The notes under the pieces were generated by a model that saw only the letters and a program-made list of their open reading frames with translations, had not been told where the DNA came from and made no database searches. DNA of 64,000 nucleotides from a bacterium (GTDB lineage: Bacteria; JADJOY01), in the NCBI GenBank assembly GCA_046331705.1, contig JAXLQJ010000034.1, positions 1 through 64,000 on the forward strand. The letters are read 5' to 3'. Below are positions 1-9,922 of this stretch, piece after piece. Position 1 is the stretch's first letter. Every line of letters starts with the position of its first letter. The position numbers and the translations under genes were made by a program.

Positions 1-1242
1 GGTGAAGCTCGCCACGAGCCCGGACGGGGCGAGCTTGGCGACGTACTCGCGCAGCGCTTCGCGCGTGAGCAGGAACGAGCCGTCGATCAAGAGGTCGAGG
101 CTGTTGAAGCGAGCCGCTCCCGCGTCCGCGATGTAGACCAGCCCGAGCCCCGGCTCCATCCGCGCCACCGCAGCACGCCCCTCACCCGCGAGAGCGCGAA
201 CCGACTCGTGCAGGAACACGCCACGGTTCGCCTCGGGCCGGATCCGGGTGAAGTAGTCGATCACCGCCGGCTCGAGCTCGATCGCCCGGATCTCACGCGA
301 GCCGGCGGCGATGGCCATCGCCACCTGTCGACCGCCGCCCGCGCCGATGACGACCGCCGGCAACTCGGATTCGGCGAGCACGAAGGGGAGGCCGTCGACA
401 CCGATGGTGCTCTCGAACGCGGGATCGCCGTACGACCAATGCACGATGTCGTTGAGCAGCCCGAGCCCAGCGGGAGTTCCCGGCTTCTCGCGCAAGCTCA
501 CGAGGCCGTAGCGGCCCCACCGCGTGAAAACCTCGCGGTAGCCGTCGCGCTCGAGCCCCTGGCTCTGCCAGTGGATCGCCAGCGCGCGGTGAAGCCAGCT
601 CGGCCCGGTGAGCGCCGTGAGCGCGACCGCCAGCGCCAGCGCGGCCGCACCGAGCGGCGGGACCCTGGATCGTGGCGCGGCGCCGCTCGCCGCGTAGGCG
701 GCAGCGACCGCGCAACCGAACGCCGCGCCGACGACGCTCGTCGGCCCCAGCGCGTGCTGAAGCGCGAATCCCGCGACCAAGCCGACCGCATGACCGACCA
801 GGAGCCACGCGTACGTACGATGGCCGGCGCCCGACGCGGCACCCCGCTCGTAGAGCGCCAGCTCCACGAACCCATGCGCCACGAAGAACGGCAGCGGTGC
901 CAGAAGCGGCACCAACGTCACCCAGATCGGCCAAAACGGATGGGCGTCGGCGCCGTCCGCCGGCGGCAACCCGGCGTGGAGCTGCGGCAACGCCCACGCC
1001 GCCGCCGTGGCGACCGCCAGCCACGCGAGATCCCGCGCCAGCGGGGCGCCGGAGGCCCGGCGCCATTGACGCAGCACGCCGCCGACGGGCCACGCCACGA
1101 GCGCCAGCAGGAAGACCAGCCGCGGCGGACAGCCGAAACAGGTGAGGAAGAGGTACTCGAAGGTGAGCCCCAGGCTCACCGCTGCGCCGGTCAGCGCCGC
1201 GACGCGTGCGTCGCCGTTCGCGTCCGCAGCGCCCGCGCTCAT
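1..1242 (-). CDS. Membrane protein fused to a spermidine-synthase-like SAM-dependent methyltransferase domain (partial, runs off the window start)
   Basis: Open frame from ATG at 1242 to the window edge, read manually and absent from the ORF track. Several hydrophobic helices, then VVIGAGGG (SAM motif I) and AIELEPAVI (motif II-like). Confidence 0.7.
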   Translation of the reverse strand, partial: MSAGAADANGDARVAALTGAAVSLGLTFEYLFLTCFGCPPRLVFLLALVAWPVGGVLRQWRRASGAPLARDLAWLAVATAAAWALPQLHAGLPPADGADAHPFWPIWVTLVPLLAPLPFFVAHGFVELALYERGAASGAGHRTYAWLLVGHAVGLVAGFALQHALGPTSVVGAAFGCAVAAAYAASGAAPRSRVPPLGAAALALAVALTALTGPSWLHRALAIHWQSQGLERDGYREVFTRWGRYGLVSLREKPGTPAGLGLLNDIVHWSYGDPAFESTIGVDGLPFVLAESELPAVVIGAGGGRQVAMAIAAGSREIRAIELEPAVIDYFTRIRPEANRGVFLHESVRALAGEGRAAVARMEPGLGLVYIADAGAARFNSLDLLIDGSFLLTREALREYVAKLAPSGLVASFT

Positions 1243-1251
1243 GCCCTCGGG

Positions 1252-1824
1252 CTACCGCGCGGAGGCCGCGCTCGAAGCCGGTGAGGTCGCGCCACCCGCC
1301 GCGCCATTAACACCGGGCCCTGCCTCGAGCCGCGCGATCTCGGCCTCCACTCGCGCGAAGAGCTCGCGCCGCAGGCCGAGCATCTTGTAGACCTCCGCGA
1401 CCACGAACAGCGGCGCGGTGATCTGCGCGAGCAACAGGTTGTCGAAGAGCGCCGGCTTCTTGCCCTCGATGCCGTGGGTCACGAACTGGAGCGTGTAGCC
1501 GCCCAGAAAGAGCCCTGCGGCCCAGCCCAGGGCCGAACCCGTGGGCAGCGCCGCGACCGCGTGCACGGCGACCATCACCCCCGCCAGCATCACCAGCGCG
1601 CCGATCGCGAACCCGCGATCCAGCCGGAAATAGGTCTCGCCCAGCGCCACCGCGGCGATCCACGCCAGGGTCAACGAGAGCCCGGGCAGCGATACCTGAA
1701 TCAGCGCCAGCGGCACCAGCGCACCGGTGAGGATGATCGGCACGCCGAAGAGGTGCGCGATCACGTTCACCCGGCTCCGGTGGTGCGAGCCGTAGAACAC
1801 CATCATTTGTTCCCAACGAGTCAT
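1252..1824 (-). CDS. Mpo1-like / DUF962 family membrane protein
   Basis: YGSHHRSRVNVIAHLFGVP and LQFVTHGIEGKKPALFDNL motifs with hydrophobic segments. Confidence 0.85.
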   Translation of the reverse strand: MTRWEQMMVFYGSHHRSRVNVIAHLFGVPIILTGALVPLALIQVSLPGLSLTLAWIAAVALGETYFRLDRGFAIGALVMLAGVMVAVHAVAALPTGSALGWAAGLFLGGYTLQFVTHGIEGKKPALFDNLLLAQITAPLFVVAEVYKMLGLRRELFARVEAEIARLEAGPGVNGAAGGATSPASSAASAR

Positions 1825-1890
1825 CCGCATCCTCACTCGACCCGTCGCGCGCGCCGCCGACGCGCGTCCCCGGGGAGTACCCAATCCTAG

Positions 1891-4107
1891 CTAGGACGCG
1901 GGGCATTCCGCGAGCGAATCGATCCAGCTCGCGAACACGCCGGCCGCGCGCTCGTCCACGATCGCGGTGGCGAGCGGCGGCATGCGCCGCGAATCCGTCG
2001 CGGTGAGACGCAACCACAGCACCGATCTCGCATGATCGCCCGGCACCAGCACCCGTGCGCCGGGGATGCCGAAATCGTCGCGCACCTCGGCGTTGCAGAT
2101 GCCCATGGCCGCGAACGGCACGGTGGCGCGGAAATCAGCCGTGCCTCCGCCCGGCCCGCCCGGGCGATGGCAATGCGAGCAATTCGAGTCCAGGTAGGCC
2201 CGCGCGCGATTACCGGCGGGCACGCTCTCGTCGTCGAGCGCGGGAAACGCGGCGACGTCGCCGACACCCGGCGCCGCCAGGCCGTTCACCCCGAGCATCC
2301 CGATGGCTTCCAGCGTGGCGACCTGGTTCGCCGTGCGCCCGGTGGTGGGGTACGTGGTGTCGCGATCGAGCTGCTGGGTCTTCGGGCCGAGGGTGCGCCC
2401 GGCGGCCTCGGTATGGCAGCGCAGGCAATCGGCGCCGCTCGGGAACGTCCACACCTGTCCGTTCGCCAACTGGTCGACGGCGCCCGACTCGACGAGCACC
2501 GCTTCCTTCTCTGCGGCATCCCAGCGGTACGAATAGCCCGCCCAGCCGCCGTCGAGCTGACCGGCTCCGTCGTCGTGGTGCATCAGCAGACGCGTCTCGA
2601 CCAGCTTGCCCTCGATGGCGAAATCCTTGCGGAGCACCGTACCGATCGGGAACGACCAGTCTCCATCCGCGGCCACCTCGATGGCACCGCCCGCGGGCAC
2701 CGCGAACCAGCGCGATTTCTCGGCACCGTCGGACCAAAGCGGCGCGATCATGTCGTAGGGAACCATTCCCTCCGCCGCGAGCCTCGGGTCCGACGCCTGG
2801 GCGCAGCCGGTCCGCGAGAGTGTGGTGGCGATCGCGCTCGCGCCAGCGCTGCCACCGGGAACGAGCCGTGCGATCTGTCCGGTCGCGTAATCGAGCAGGT
2901 AGAGCTCGCCGTCCTGGTCCTCGGCGAAGCTGCCGATGGCGCGCGCCGACTCGAGCAGCAACCGCGCCGAGGTGGGCGGGTCGCCAGGACGATATGCCCA
3001 GATCTTGCCCTTGACGAAGTCGCCGAAGACATAGGCCCCGACCAGCTCGGGCATGGCGCTGCCGCGATAGACGTAGCCGCCCGTCATCGAGTTCGCCGCC
3101 GAGTGGTCGAGCTCCACCACCGGCGGGACGAGGCCGGGGTCGGCGCAGGCGTCGCCGCGCTGACACAGGGTGCCCTCGACGATCGGCCAGCCGTAGTTTC
3201 CGCCGCGCTCGACGCGGTCGACCTCCTCGCGCGAGTGCCAACCGACGTCGCCGAGCCAGAGCTCGCCGGTCTCGCGATCGAAGCTCCACTTCCACGGGTT
3301 GCGAAAGCCGCGCGCCCAGATCTCGGCGAGCCCCCCGCCCGCCGCGTACGGGTTGTCGGCGGGAATGCCGTAGCCGCGGGGACCCTCGCCGTCGACGTCG
3401 ATTCGGATCACCTTGCCGAGCAGCGTGTCGAGGTCTTGGGCGGCGGTGGTGGGCGCTTCGCCGGGGCCGCCTTCGCCGATCGCGGCGTAGAGCATGCCGT
3501 CGGCGCCGAAATGGATCGTGCCGCCGTTGTGCTCGTGGCTGCGAAGCCCGGCACGGACGAGGTCGCGCCGGCTACCCGGATCGAGCCGCGCGCCGTCGGC
3601 GCTCGCGACGAAGCGCGCCAGCACCACCGAGGTCCCGATCGGAGCGCTCGGATCGGCCACCGTGAAATAGAGGAAAACCTGCCGGTTGGCCGCGTAATTC
3701 GGATGGAACGCCATCCCCAGGAGGCCGATCGATTCCTGGATGTCGGGGCCCTGGATGAACGACGTGATCTCGCCCCAGGTCGTGGCCTCGGATGCGGCGT
3801 CGGCGTTGTCGAAGCGCAGGATCCGCCCGGTCTGCACGACCGCGTACCAATGACCGGCGTCTCCCGGTGCCTGAACGAGCGCGATCGTCTTGGGGACGTG
3901 GACGCCGGGGTAGACGGGCTTGAGCCCCAGCCCCTGCGCGACGAGCGAGCGCGGCGGCGCGATGCACGTTGCGCTGACGGGACGAACGTCGAGGCCGGAG
4001 ACGCGCGGATCGACGGACGCCGATCCGCCGCCACCGCCGCCACAACCGATCGTGAGCCAGGCCACCGCGGCAGCCGCGCCGCACAGCCGTGCACGCATCC
4101 TCGTCAT
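1891..4107 (-). CDS. Lipoprotein: PQQ-dependent glucose/sorbosone dehydrogenase beta-propeller fused to a C-terminal diheme cytochrome c domain
   Basis: Lipobox-like LTIGC; HNGGTIHFGADGMLY, GFRNPWKWSFD and GGNYGWP motifs; two CxxCH motifs (CLRCH, CSHCH); PLWSDGAEKSRW. Confidence 0.85.
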   Translation of the reverse strand: MTRMRARLCGAAAAVAWLTIGCGGGGGGSASVDPRVSGLDVRPVSATCIAPPRSLVAQGLGLKPVYPGVHVPKTIALVQAPGDAGHWYAVVQTGRILRFDNADAASEATTWGEITSFIQGPDIQESIGLLGMAFHPNYAANRQVFLYFTVADPSAPIGTSVVLARFVASADGARLDPGSRRDLVRAGLRSHEHNGGTIHFGADGMLYAAIGEGGPGEAPTTAAQDLDTLLGKVIRIDVDGEGPRGYGIPADNPYAAGGGLAEIWARGFRNPWKWSFDRETGELWLGDVGWHSREEVDRVERGGNYGWPIVEGTLCQRGDACADPGLVPPVVELDHSAANSMTGGYVYRGSAMPELVGAYVFGDFVKGKIWAYRPGDPPTSARLLLESARAIGSFAEDQDGELYLLDYATGQIARLVPGGSAGASAIATTLSRTGCAQASDPRLAAEGMVPYDMIAPLWSDGAEKSRWFAVPAGGAIEVAADGDWSFPIGTVLRKDFAIEGKLVETRLLMHHDDGAGQLDGGWAGYSYRWDAAEKEAVLVESGAVDQLANGQVWTFPSGADCLRCHTEAAGRTLGPKTQQLDRDTTYPTTGRTANQVATLEAIGMLGVNGLAAPGVGDVAAFPALDDESVPAGNRARAYLDSNCSHCHRPGGPGGGTADFRATVPFAAMGICNAEVRDDFGIPGARVLVPGDHARSVLWLRLTATDSRRMPPLATAIVDERAAGVFASWIDSLAECPAS

Positions 4108-4215
4108 CGTCGCCCTCGCTCGCGAGCCACCCGCCACGCGCGCGCAGCGAACCACCCATGGCTCACCGCGTCAACCGCGGATCCACGGCGCGGATCGACG
4201 GCGTTGGCGAGCGAC

Positions 4216-5787
4216 TCAGTAGTGGAACGTGAGCAGGAAACCGACGTTGAAGATGTGGCCGCCGACGGTCGCGGCGAAGGTGTCGTTGGGGCCGAAGTTG
4301 CCGCTCGAGATGCCGTTCTCGTCGGGAACGCCGATGTCGCGCGAGCCGCCCGCCATCTGGCTCTCGCCCACGGCCAGGTGACGGGGCACGATCTGCGCGA
4401 ACTGGAAGTGGGTCGCGACGTCGATCGCGCCGTCGTCGAGACCGCGCAGCTGAACGCCACCCGAATAGTAGAGCCGCGTGTTTGGATCCGAGCCGAACTC
4501 GTAAAAGCGGTCGGGCGTGGGCGTCGGGTCGTACCAGAAGCCGGTGGTGAGCACCAGCGGATCGAGCGGCTTCCACTCGACACCGAAGCGCGCGGCGTGG
4601 GTGCTGCGCGGGTTGCGGGCGATGCGGATCTCCTGGATCCCCCGCGGCGTGAGCAGGTTCGGATTGAGCCCGCCGCTCACGATCCGGATGTGATCGACCA
4701 CGCGGGCGTGCGCCCAGTCCGTGAAGTCGTATTCCGCCGTCACCATCCATTCGGCGTTGAGCTGGGCGCTCGCGCCGAAGGAGACGCGCTGGGGCAACGG
4801 GAAGTCGAGGTGGAAGTGGTCGCGATCGTCCTGGATGCCCGCTGCGCGGTAGATCGGGTGATCGAGGATCGCCTGCTCCCAATGGGTCTCGATCGAGCCC
4901 TGGACGGTCGGCTCGAGCTTGCTGCGATACGCGACCCCCACCCGTAGCCAATCGGTCGGGAAGAGCATCACGCCGAGGCGAAAGCCGGGCGTCTCGAAAT
5001 CCAGGTTGATGTCGTTGACCGGTGAGATGCCGAGCGGGAACCGTTGTGCGGCGCGTAGCAGCGTGTAGCCATCGTCGGTGCCGTTTTCCGTGGTGACGAT
5101 CGGCGTGAGCACGGACTCGGAGCTGCCGGTGACCGAGCGCGAGATGGACCGGCCCAAGGCGCCGTCGCCGAAGACCGCCTTTTGCCAGATGTCGTCGCCG
5201 ATCACGAGATCGAAGCCCGCCCCCACCGAGAGCCAGCCGTTCACCCTGGCCGCGAGCGTCGGCGACCAGGTGATGAACATCTGGCCGCCCTCGGCCGCCG
5301 AGAAACGCCCATCCCCGAAGGTCGCGGGCCACTGGGTCGTGCCGGCGAAAGGGGTCTGGATGACGAACGGGGTGAGATAGAGCCGCTCGTTGAGCTCGAA
5401 TCCGGACGGGAAGAAGGGCTGCGGGATCCAGTCCGGGAACTCGTCGTCCATGCGCACGGTCTGCCCGGCGCGAACGCGCGAGAGGCCGTCGACGGTCGAT
5501 TCACGGTATTCGAGACGGATGCCGCTCAGCGAGCCGCCGATGCTGGTCTCGCGCGTCGGTCCGCCGAGGAGCTGGGTCAGCCCCGCCGGGTTGTAGTAGT
5601 TCGCGGACAGATCGTCGGCGACCGCCACGAACGCATTGCCGAGCGAGATCGCGCGCGAGCCGAGGCCCAAGGTCTCCAGATAGGAAGCGTCGGCATCGCG
5701 TCGCGCGAGCAACGACGCGAGCGCGACCACGAACATCGCGCGTCGCCGGAAGCCGGTCGGTTCGCGCGTCGCTGCTGTTCGTGACAT
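4216..5787 (-). CDS. Outer-membrane transporter for hydrophobic compounds (FadL/OmpP1/TodX family)
   Basis: Signal peptide; GSRAISLGNAFVAVADDLSANYYNPAGL (FadL NPA motif); C-terminal beta strand ending in an aromatic residue. Confidence 0.85.
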   Translation of the reverse strand: MSRTAATREPTGFRRRAMFVVALASLLARRDADASYLETLGLGSRAISLGNAFVAVADDLSANYYNPAGLTQLLGGPTRETSIGGSLSGIRLEYRESTVDGLSRVRAGQTVRMDDEFPDWIPQPFFPSGFELNERLYLTPFVIQTPFAGTTQWPATFGDGRFSAAEGGQMFITWSPTLAARVNGWLSVGAGFDLVIGDDIWQKAVFGDGALGRSISRSVTGSSESVLTPIVTTENGTDDGYTLLRAAQRFPLGISPVNDINLDFETPGFRLGVMLFPTDWLRVGVAYRSKLEPTVQGSIETHWEQAILDHPIYRAAGIQDDRDHFHLDFPLPQRVSFGASAQLNAEWMVTAEYDFTDWAHARVVDHIRIVSGGLNPNLLTPRGIQEIRIARNPRSTHAARFGVEWKPLDPLVLTTGFWYDPTPTPDRFYEFGSDPNTRLYYSGGVQLRGLDDGAIDVATHFQFAQIVPRHLAVGESQMAGGSRDIGVPDENGISSGNFGPNDTFAATVGGHIFNVGFLLTFHY

Positions 5788-5871
5788 GCGCCTCCGCGCC
5801 CGCTATCGTCCCGCCAGCGAGACGGCCCGACGCCCGAGCGGCGGCCGATCATAGACCAGCACCTCCGCGGG

Positions 5872-5885
5872 CCAAACACGTTCGA
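5872..5885. promoter_or_regulatory. Near-consensus KstR-type operator (CCAAACACGTTCGA) in the divergent fadL-like/SCP2 intergenic region
   Basis: Matches TnnAACnnGTTnnA except at the first T. Confidence 0.45.
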
Positions 5886-5933
5886 CATTCGCCGCCACGG
5901 CAGACGCGCGCGACCACGACGGAGGCTCGACGA

Positions 5934-6551
5934 ATGGCACGCTCCGATCGCGGCGCACGCACCCGGACGCTCACGATCCCCGACGATCCGGACGCCTTCT
6001 TCCGGGAGTTCTTCCCCGCTCGTTACGCGGAGGACCCGCACCGATACGGCACCGCGGACACGCCCGGTGCCGCGGTCTTCCACGTGGCCGGCGCCGGCGC
6101 GTGGAGCGTCCGCATCGCGCGCTCGCGGTTGGCGGTGGAACGCGGCACGCCCGCGGACGCACGGATACAGATCCACGTCTCGCGCGACGATTTCCACGCG
6201 GTGTTCGTGCACCGCACCCGCGAGGAGCTCGCGCGCGACGGTCGACTCTCGGAGCTCTCGCGGAACGCGTTCGTACCGCTCTTCGTGACCCCCAAGCGGC
6301 TGGCGATCGTCGAGAGAGCGCGCGGCAACCTCGCGTTCGACCTCGAGCACGCGGGCGCGCGACGGCGTCTCACCATCGCGCCGCGCCCGCCACTGGAAGC
6401 CGATCCGCGGGCCACGATCCGGATGTCACTCGACGATTTTCTGCACGTGCTCGCGGGCCAGAAGAACCCGAAAGTGCTGTTCTTGACCGGACGACTCAAG
6501 GTGAAGGGCGACCTCGGCTACGCCCTCCACATGAGCGGCCTGATCTCCTGA
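5934..6551 (+). CDS. SCP2 sterol-carrier domain protein (probably two SCP2-like halves)
   Basis: C-terminal ATIRMSLDDFLHVLAGQKNPKVLFLTGRLKVKGD is typical of SCP2; GGAGG RBS before ATG 5934. Confidence 0.75.
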   Translation: MARSDRGARTRTLTIPDDPDAFFREFFPARYAEDPHRYGTADTPGAAVFHVAGAGAWSVRIARSRLAVERGTPADARIQIHVSRDDFHAVFVHRTREELARDGRLSELSRNAFVPLFVTPKRLAIVERARGNLAFDLEHAGARRRLTIAPRPPLEADPRATIRMSLDDFLHVLAGQKNPKVLFLTGRLKVKGDLGYALHMSGLIS

Positions 6552-6600
6552 GGCTGGAATCGCCGCGGGCGGGCTCGCCCGAGCGGCCGCTGGCGCGCGC

Positions 6601-7290
6601 TCAGTCCGCGTGCGCGGCGGACTCGGCGCGCAGGCGCTGGACATCCCGGATCAGGATGCGCGCACGGCCGGTGCGCAACAGGCCCTCGGCCTCGAGAACC
6701 TTGAGCGTTCGCGACACGACCTCGCGCGCGGAGCCGGTCGAGCCCGCCAGCATCTCGTGGGTGACGTCCTCGACCACGATTCCGTCGGGCGCCATGCGCC
6801 CGTGGCGGTCGGCGAGATCGACGAGGACGTGCGCCAGGCGCCGTCGCACCGGCTCGCACGCGAGCGATTCGGTGAGCTGCGCGAGCTCGCCCAGGCGCTG
6901 CGCGAGGCAGCGGATGACGCCCGCGTCGAAGCGAGCGTCGCCTTGCAGCAACTCGCGACATTGATCGCCCGAGATCCGCATCAGCGCCACGTCGGTGAGG
7001 CATTCCACCGAGTACGGGCTCGGCAGACAGTGGTGGACCGAGCTGAAGCAGAAGCACTGGCCGGTGCCGAGGATCCAGAGCGTCTGCTCGCGCCCCTCCT
7101 CCGAGAGCCGATAGAGACGCACCTTGCCGCTGCTCAGGATGTAGATGCTCGGGTCCACGTCACCCTGGCGGCGGAACACCGCGCCGCGAGGATGGCGGAT
7201 CCGATCCGCGCGCTGCTCGAGGGAGTGGAGGACGTTCGACTCGAGTGCCTTGAGGCACCCGACCTCGCCAAGCGCTGCTGCGTCTCGCAT
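6601..7290 (-). CDS. Crp/Fnr family transcriptional regulator
   Basis: cNMP-binding barrel (IYILSSGKVRLYRLSEEGRE) and HTH THEMLAGSTGSAREVVSRTLK. Confidence 0.9.
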   Translation of the reverse strand: MRDAAALGEVGCLKALESNVLHSLEQRADRIRHPRGAVFRRQGDVDPSIYILSSGKVRLYRLSEEGREQTLWILGTGQCFCFSSVHHCLPSPYSVECLTDVALMRISGDQCRELLQGDARFDAGVIRCLAQRLGELAQLTESLACEPVRRRLAHVLVDLADRHGRMAPDGIVVEDVTHEMLAGSTGSAREVVSRTLKVLEAEGLLRTGRARILIRDVQRLRAESAAHAD

Positions 7291-7394
7291 GATCGTTCAG
7301 GCTCCCACGTAGGTCGTGGTGATTGCCCAGCCCGTGCTCGACAGTACCAACGAGTCTCGCTTGGCCGCGCGTGCCTCACAAGTGGCGAAAGCCC

Positions 7395-8657
7395 TCATGG
7401 GCACGTCGCGGCAGGCACGGCCGCGGTCCAGCCGCAGAGCCCACCGGACTCGAAATCGTCGACGTAGACTCCCTGCACCTCGAAGTTGAAGGTGAGGGGC
7501 GGGTGGCCCGTGAAGCCGACGCTCACCTCGTCCAGGCAGCCCCGCCAATAGCTGCCGGCGATGCGGCGCAGGTGGAGCTCGGCGATGGGCGCATCGGCGG
7601 GGATGTCCTCGATCGACGCCGGCGGCGGATCGCCCTCCGCCTGCTCGATCAGGAGCGACCCGAGCAAGCTCGAGTGATTCCAGACACCCGTGGTGTGCGG
7701 CGCGCCGCTCGAATCCCAGCGCAGCCAGAACGTCCGCGAATCGCCCAAGGGATAGATCCGCAGCGCCACCTCGGGCGGCACGGCGGAGGAGCTCGCGGGG
7801 TCGAGGAACCAGTCCGCGGCGAGCACGTTCAGGTCACCGAACGTGCCGAAGTCCCACGACGATCCGGCCGTGACCCAGTTGGCGCCGTGCAGCGCCGTTC
7901 CCGCGAGCTCGAGCGAGCCCAGCCCGGCGCGCGGCTCGTAGCCCGAGATCCGCGCGACCGACGACGGCGGATCCTGGGAGGCGAGCCAGCGGGGATCGCC
8001 GGGGAAGACCAGCACCTCACCCACCCACGGCTCGAAGTCGAACGTCTTGGACGCGGCACCGGTCAAGCCGATCGTGATCTGATCGACGAACCCATGCCAG
8101 CTCGTCAGTGGGGTCGCCGCCGCCAGCGCCGCGACCAGGACGATCGGCGCGTCCGCGGCGATCTCGTCGAGCGAGCCCGGCGCCGAGGCGCCGATCGGCA
8201 CGATGGTGAGCGCGCTCGTCGGATGGGTGGTGGTCTGCCAGGCGTCCGTCGGCCGGTCGTCGCAGTAGCTGGGGCAGACGTCGGAGGAGAGACAGAAGGC
8301 CTTCGGATCGTCGTCCGGGTAGAAGCACACCAGCGCAGACGGCGGGGCAGCATCGGTGCTCGCCGAGTCGATGTACCAGTCGAAGCCGAGCGACACGAGG
8401 TCGGAGAACCGTGCGGCCGGCGCCGGGAAGCCCACGGCGACCGCGGCGCCCTCGCTGCCGAGCGGCGAGGTCATCTCGATCGAGCCGTACCCGCCGCGCG
8501 GCTGCGATTCGGAGATCGCCGCGCTCGCCGACGAGCCGGCAGGCACGTCGACGAAGATCTCGTTCGGGCGAACCGTGACGGTTTCAGCCGACGCTGGCGC
8601 GGCGGCGACCCAGACCCAGCCCCACACCACCAGCCACGCCCAGCTCGATCGCGTCAT
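7395..8657 (-). CDS. Secreted hypothetical protein with two tandem ~190-aa domains and a C-terminal DDFESG motif
   Basis: Signal peptide ending APASA; internal repeat (FSDLVSLGFDWYID / FGDLNVLAADWFLD; WHGFVDQITIGLTG..TFDFE / WRGCLDEVSVGFTG..TFNFE). Confidence 0.7.
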   Translation of the reverse strand: MTRSSWAWLVVWGWVWVAAAPASAETVTVRPNEIFVDVPAGSSASAAISESQPRGGYGSIEMTSPLGSEGAAVAVGFPAPAARFSDLVSLGFDWYIDSASTDAAPPSALVCFYPDDDPKAFCLSSDVCPSYCDDRPTDAWQTTTHPTSALTIVPIGASAPGSLDEIAADAPIVLVAALAAATPLTSWHGFVDQITIGLTGAASKTFDFEPWVGEVLVFPGDPRWLASQDPPSSVARISGYEPRAGLGSLELAGTALHGANWVTAGSSWDFGTFGDLNVLAADWFLDPASSSAVPPEVALRIYPLGDSRTFWLRWDSSGAPHTTGVWNHSSLLGSLLIEQAEGDPPPASIEDIPADAPIAELHLRRIAGSYWRGCLDEVSVGFTGHPPLTFNFEVQGVYVDDFESGGLCGWTAAVPAATCP

Positions 8658-8713
8658 CGTCGTCTCTCTCCCCTCGCCTACCCTGCGCCGGCCCCGCACA
8701 GCTTGGGCGGCGG

Positions 8714-8737
8714 AACCGGGGCCCCGGGGCCCCGGTT
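8714..8737. other. Perfect 24-bp GC palindrome (possible terminator or processing hairpin)
   Basis: AACCGGGGCCCCGGGGCCCCGGTT just downstream of the Rieske pair. Confidence 0.4.
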
Positions 8738-8801
8738 GCTGCGCAGTCGAAACAGGCTTCGGACGGGAGGGAGCGACACCTCATGAAACCGCAAACCGGG
8801 C

Positions 8802-9836
8802 TCAGTGTGCAACGGCGTGCAGGCTGGCGCGCGATCGCTTGCCGCTCGCGGGCTTGTAGCCAGGCAGGAACTGGCGGGCCCATTTGCGGTAGAGCGCGAT
8901 CGGGCCGTCGCCGTCGCACAGCACGGGCCGCTCCAGGTACTTCTTGTTTTCCCAGATCACCGCGTCCTCGCGCACCTGCTGCGCGATGTCGTCGACCACC
9001 TGCTGCACCACGAGATCGGTCATCGAAGGATCGTCGAGCTTCTTGACGGTGAAGGCGAAGCGCGCGTCGAGGTGCTCCTCGTCGATCGGCGTGACCGTCG
9101 CGATGGTGATGATCTCGGAGAGCAGGCTGAGGCGCACCACCGAGAAGCCGAAGCCGTGCGTGGTGACCTGCGCCGAGCCCTCGAGCTGACCGTCGGGCAT
9201 CCCCCACCGCGTCAGATCCACCTCCATCTTGTTGAAGGTGCGGAAGATGTGGCCGTCGATCTTGGCCTCGGCGGTCTTGGCGCGCAGCGCCTTGTGGACG
9301 TAGAGGAAATGCGGTCCGTCCACCGAGTTCTCGGCCATCTCCTGGTTGTGGCTCTTGATCCGGAACCGCACCGTGCGCACCGGCGTCCATTCGTCGGACT
9401 CGAGCTCGGGCAACGTGGGCACCTCCCACGCCGGCTCCTCACCGTTCACGCCGTGGTAGGCGAAGATGATGCCGTTCACCTCGCGCAGGATCCACGGATG
9501 GACGCGCGCCTTCTTGGGGATCTTGGTGGCGTACGGGATCTCGGTGCACACGCCGGTGCCGTCGAAGCGCCAGGCGTGGAACGGGCACTCGATGGTCTCG
9601 CCGGCGACGTGCCCGCCGCAGCCCATGTGCGCGCCGAGGTGCGGACAATAGCCGTCGAGGAGATAGGGCTTGCCGCTCTCGCCGCGGAACAGCACCAAGT
9701 CCTCGCCGAAATACTGCACGCGCTGCACGTCGAGCGGTCCGAGCTCGGCGGAATAGCCGACCTGGAACCAGCCGACGGGATACTGGGTGAACGGGAAACG
9801 ACGCTTGCTGGCGCGTGCCTTGGTGGTCTCCGACAT
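8802..9836 (-). CDS. Rieske [2Fe-2S] oxygenase, KshA/Neverland (sterol hydroxylase/desaturase)-like
   Basis: CPHLGAH...CPFHAW; ENSVDGPHFLYVH; EDAVIWENK; DGPIALYRKWARQF. Confidence 0.9.
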   Translation of the reverse strand: MSETTKARASKRRFPFTQYPVGWFQVGYSAELGPLDVQRVQYFGEDLVLFRGESGKPYLLDGYCPHLGAHMGCGGHVAGETIECPFHAWRFDGTGVCTEIPYATKIPKKARVHPWILREVNGIIFAYHGVNGEEPAWEVPTLPELESDEWTPVRTVRFRIKSHNQEMAENSVDGPHFLYVHKALRAKTAEAKIDGHIFRTFNKMEVDLTRWGMPDGQLEGSAQVTTHGFGFSVVRLSLLSEIITIATVTPIDEEHLDARFAFTVKKLDDPSMTDLVVQQVVDDIAQQVREDAVIWENKKYLERPVLCDGDGPIALYRKWARQFLPGYKPASGKRSRASLHAVAH

Positions 9837-9922
9837 GAGGTCCTCTCGCGCTCTCGACGCGCGTGGCGCGGAGCGAATGGGAAGTCGACGAACGGGATCG
9901 CGTGGTTGCGCGGTGGCCCTTC

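Noticed and set aside
2032-4947. 971-aa plus-strand ORF (and similar long ORFs at 40044-42791, 56900-59308, 20517-22697)
   Set aside because: Antisense or off-frame shadows of well-supported genes, typical of high-GC DNA
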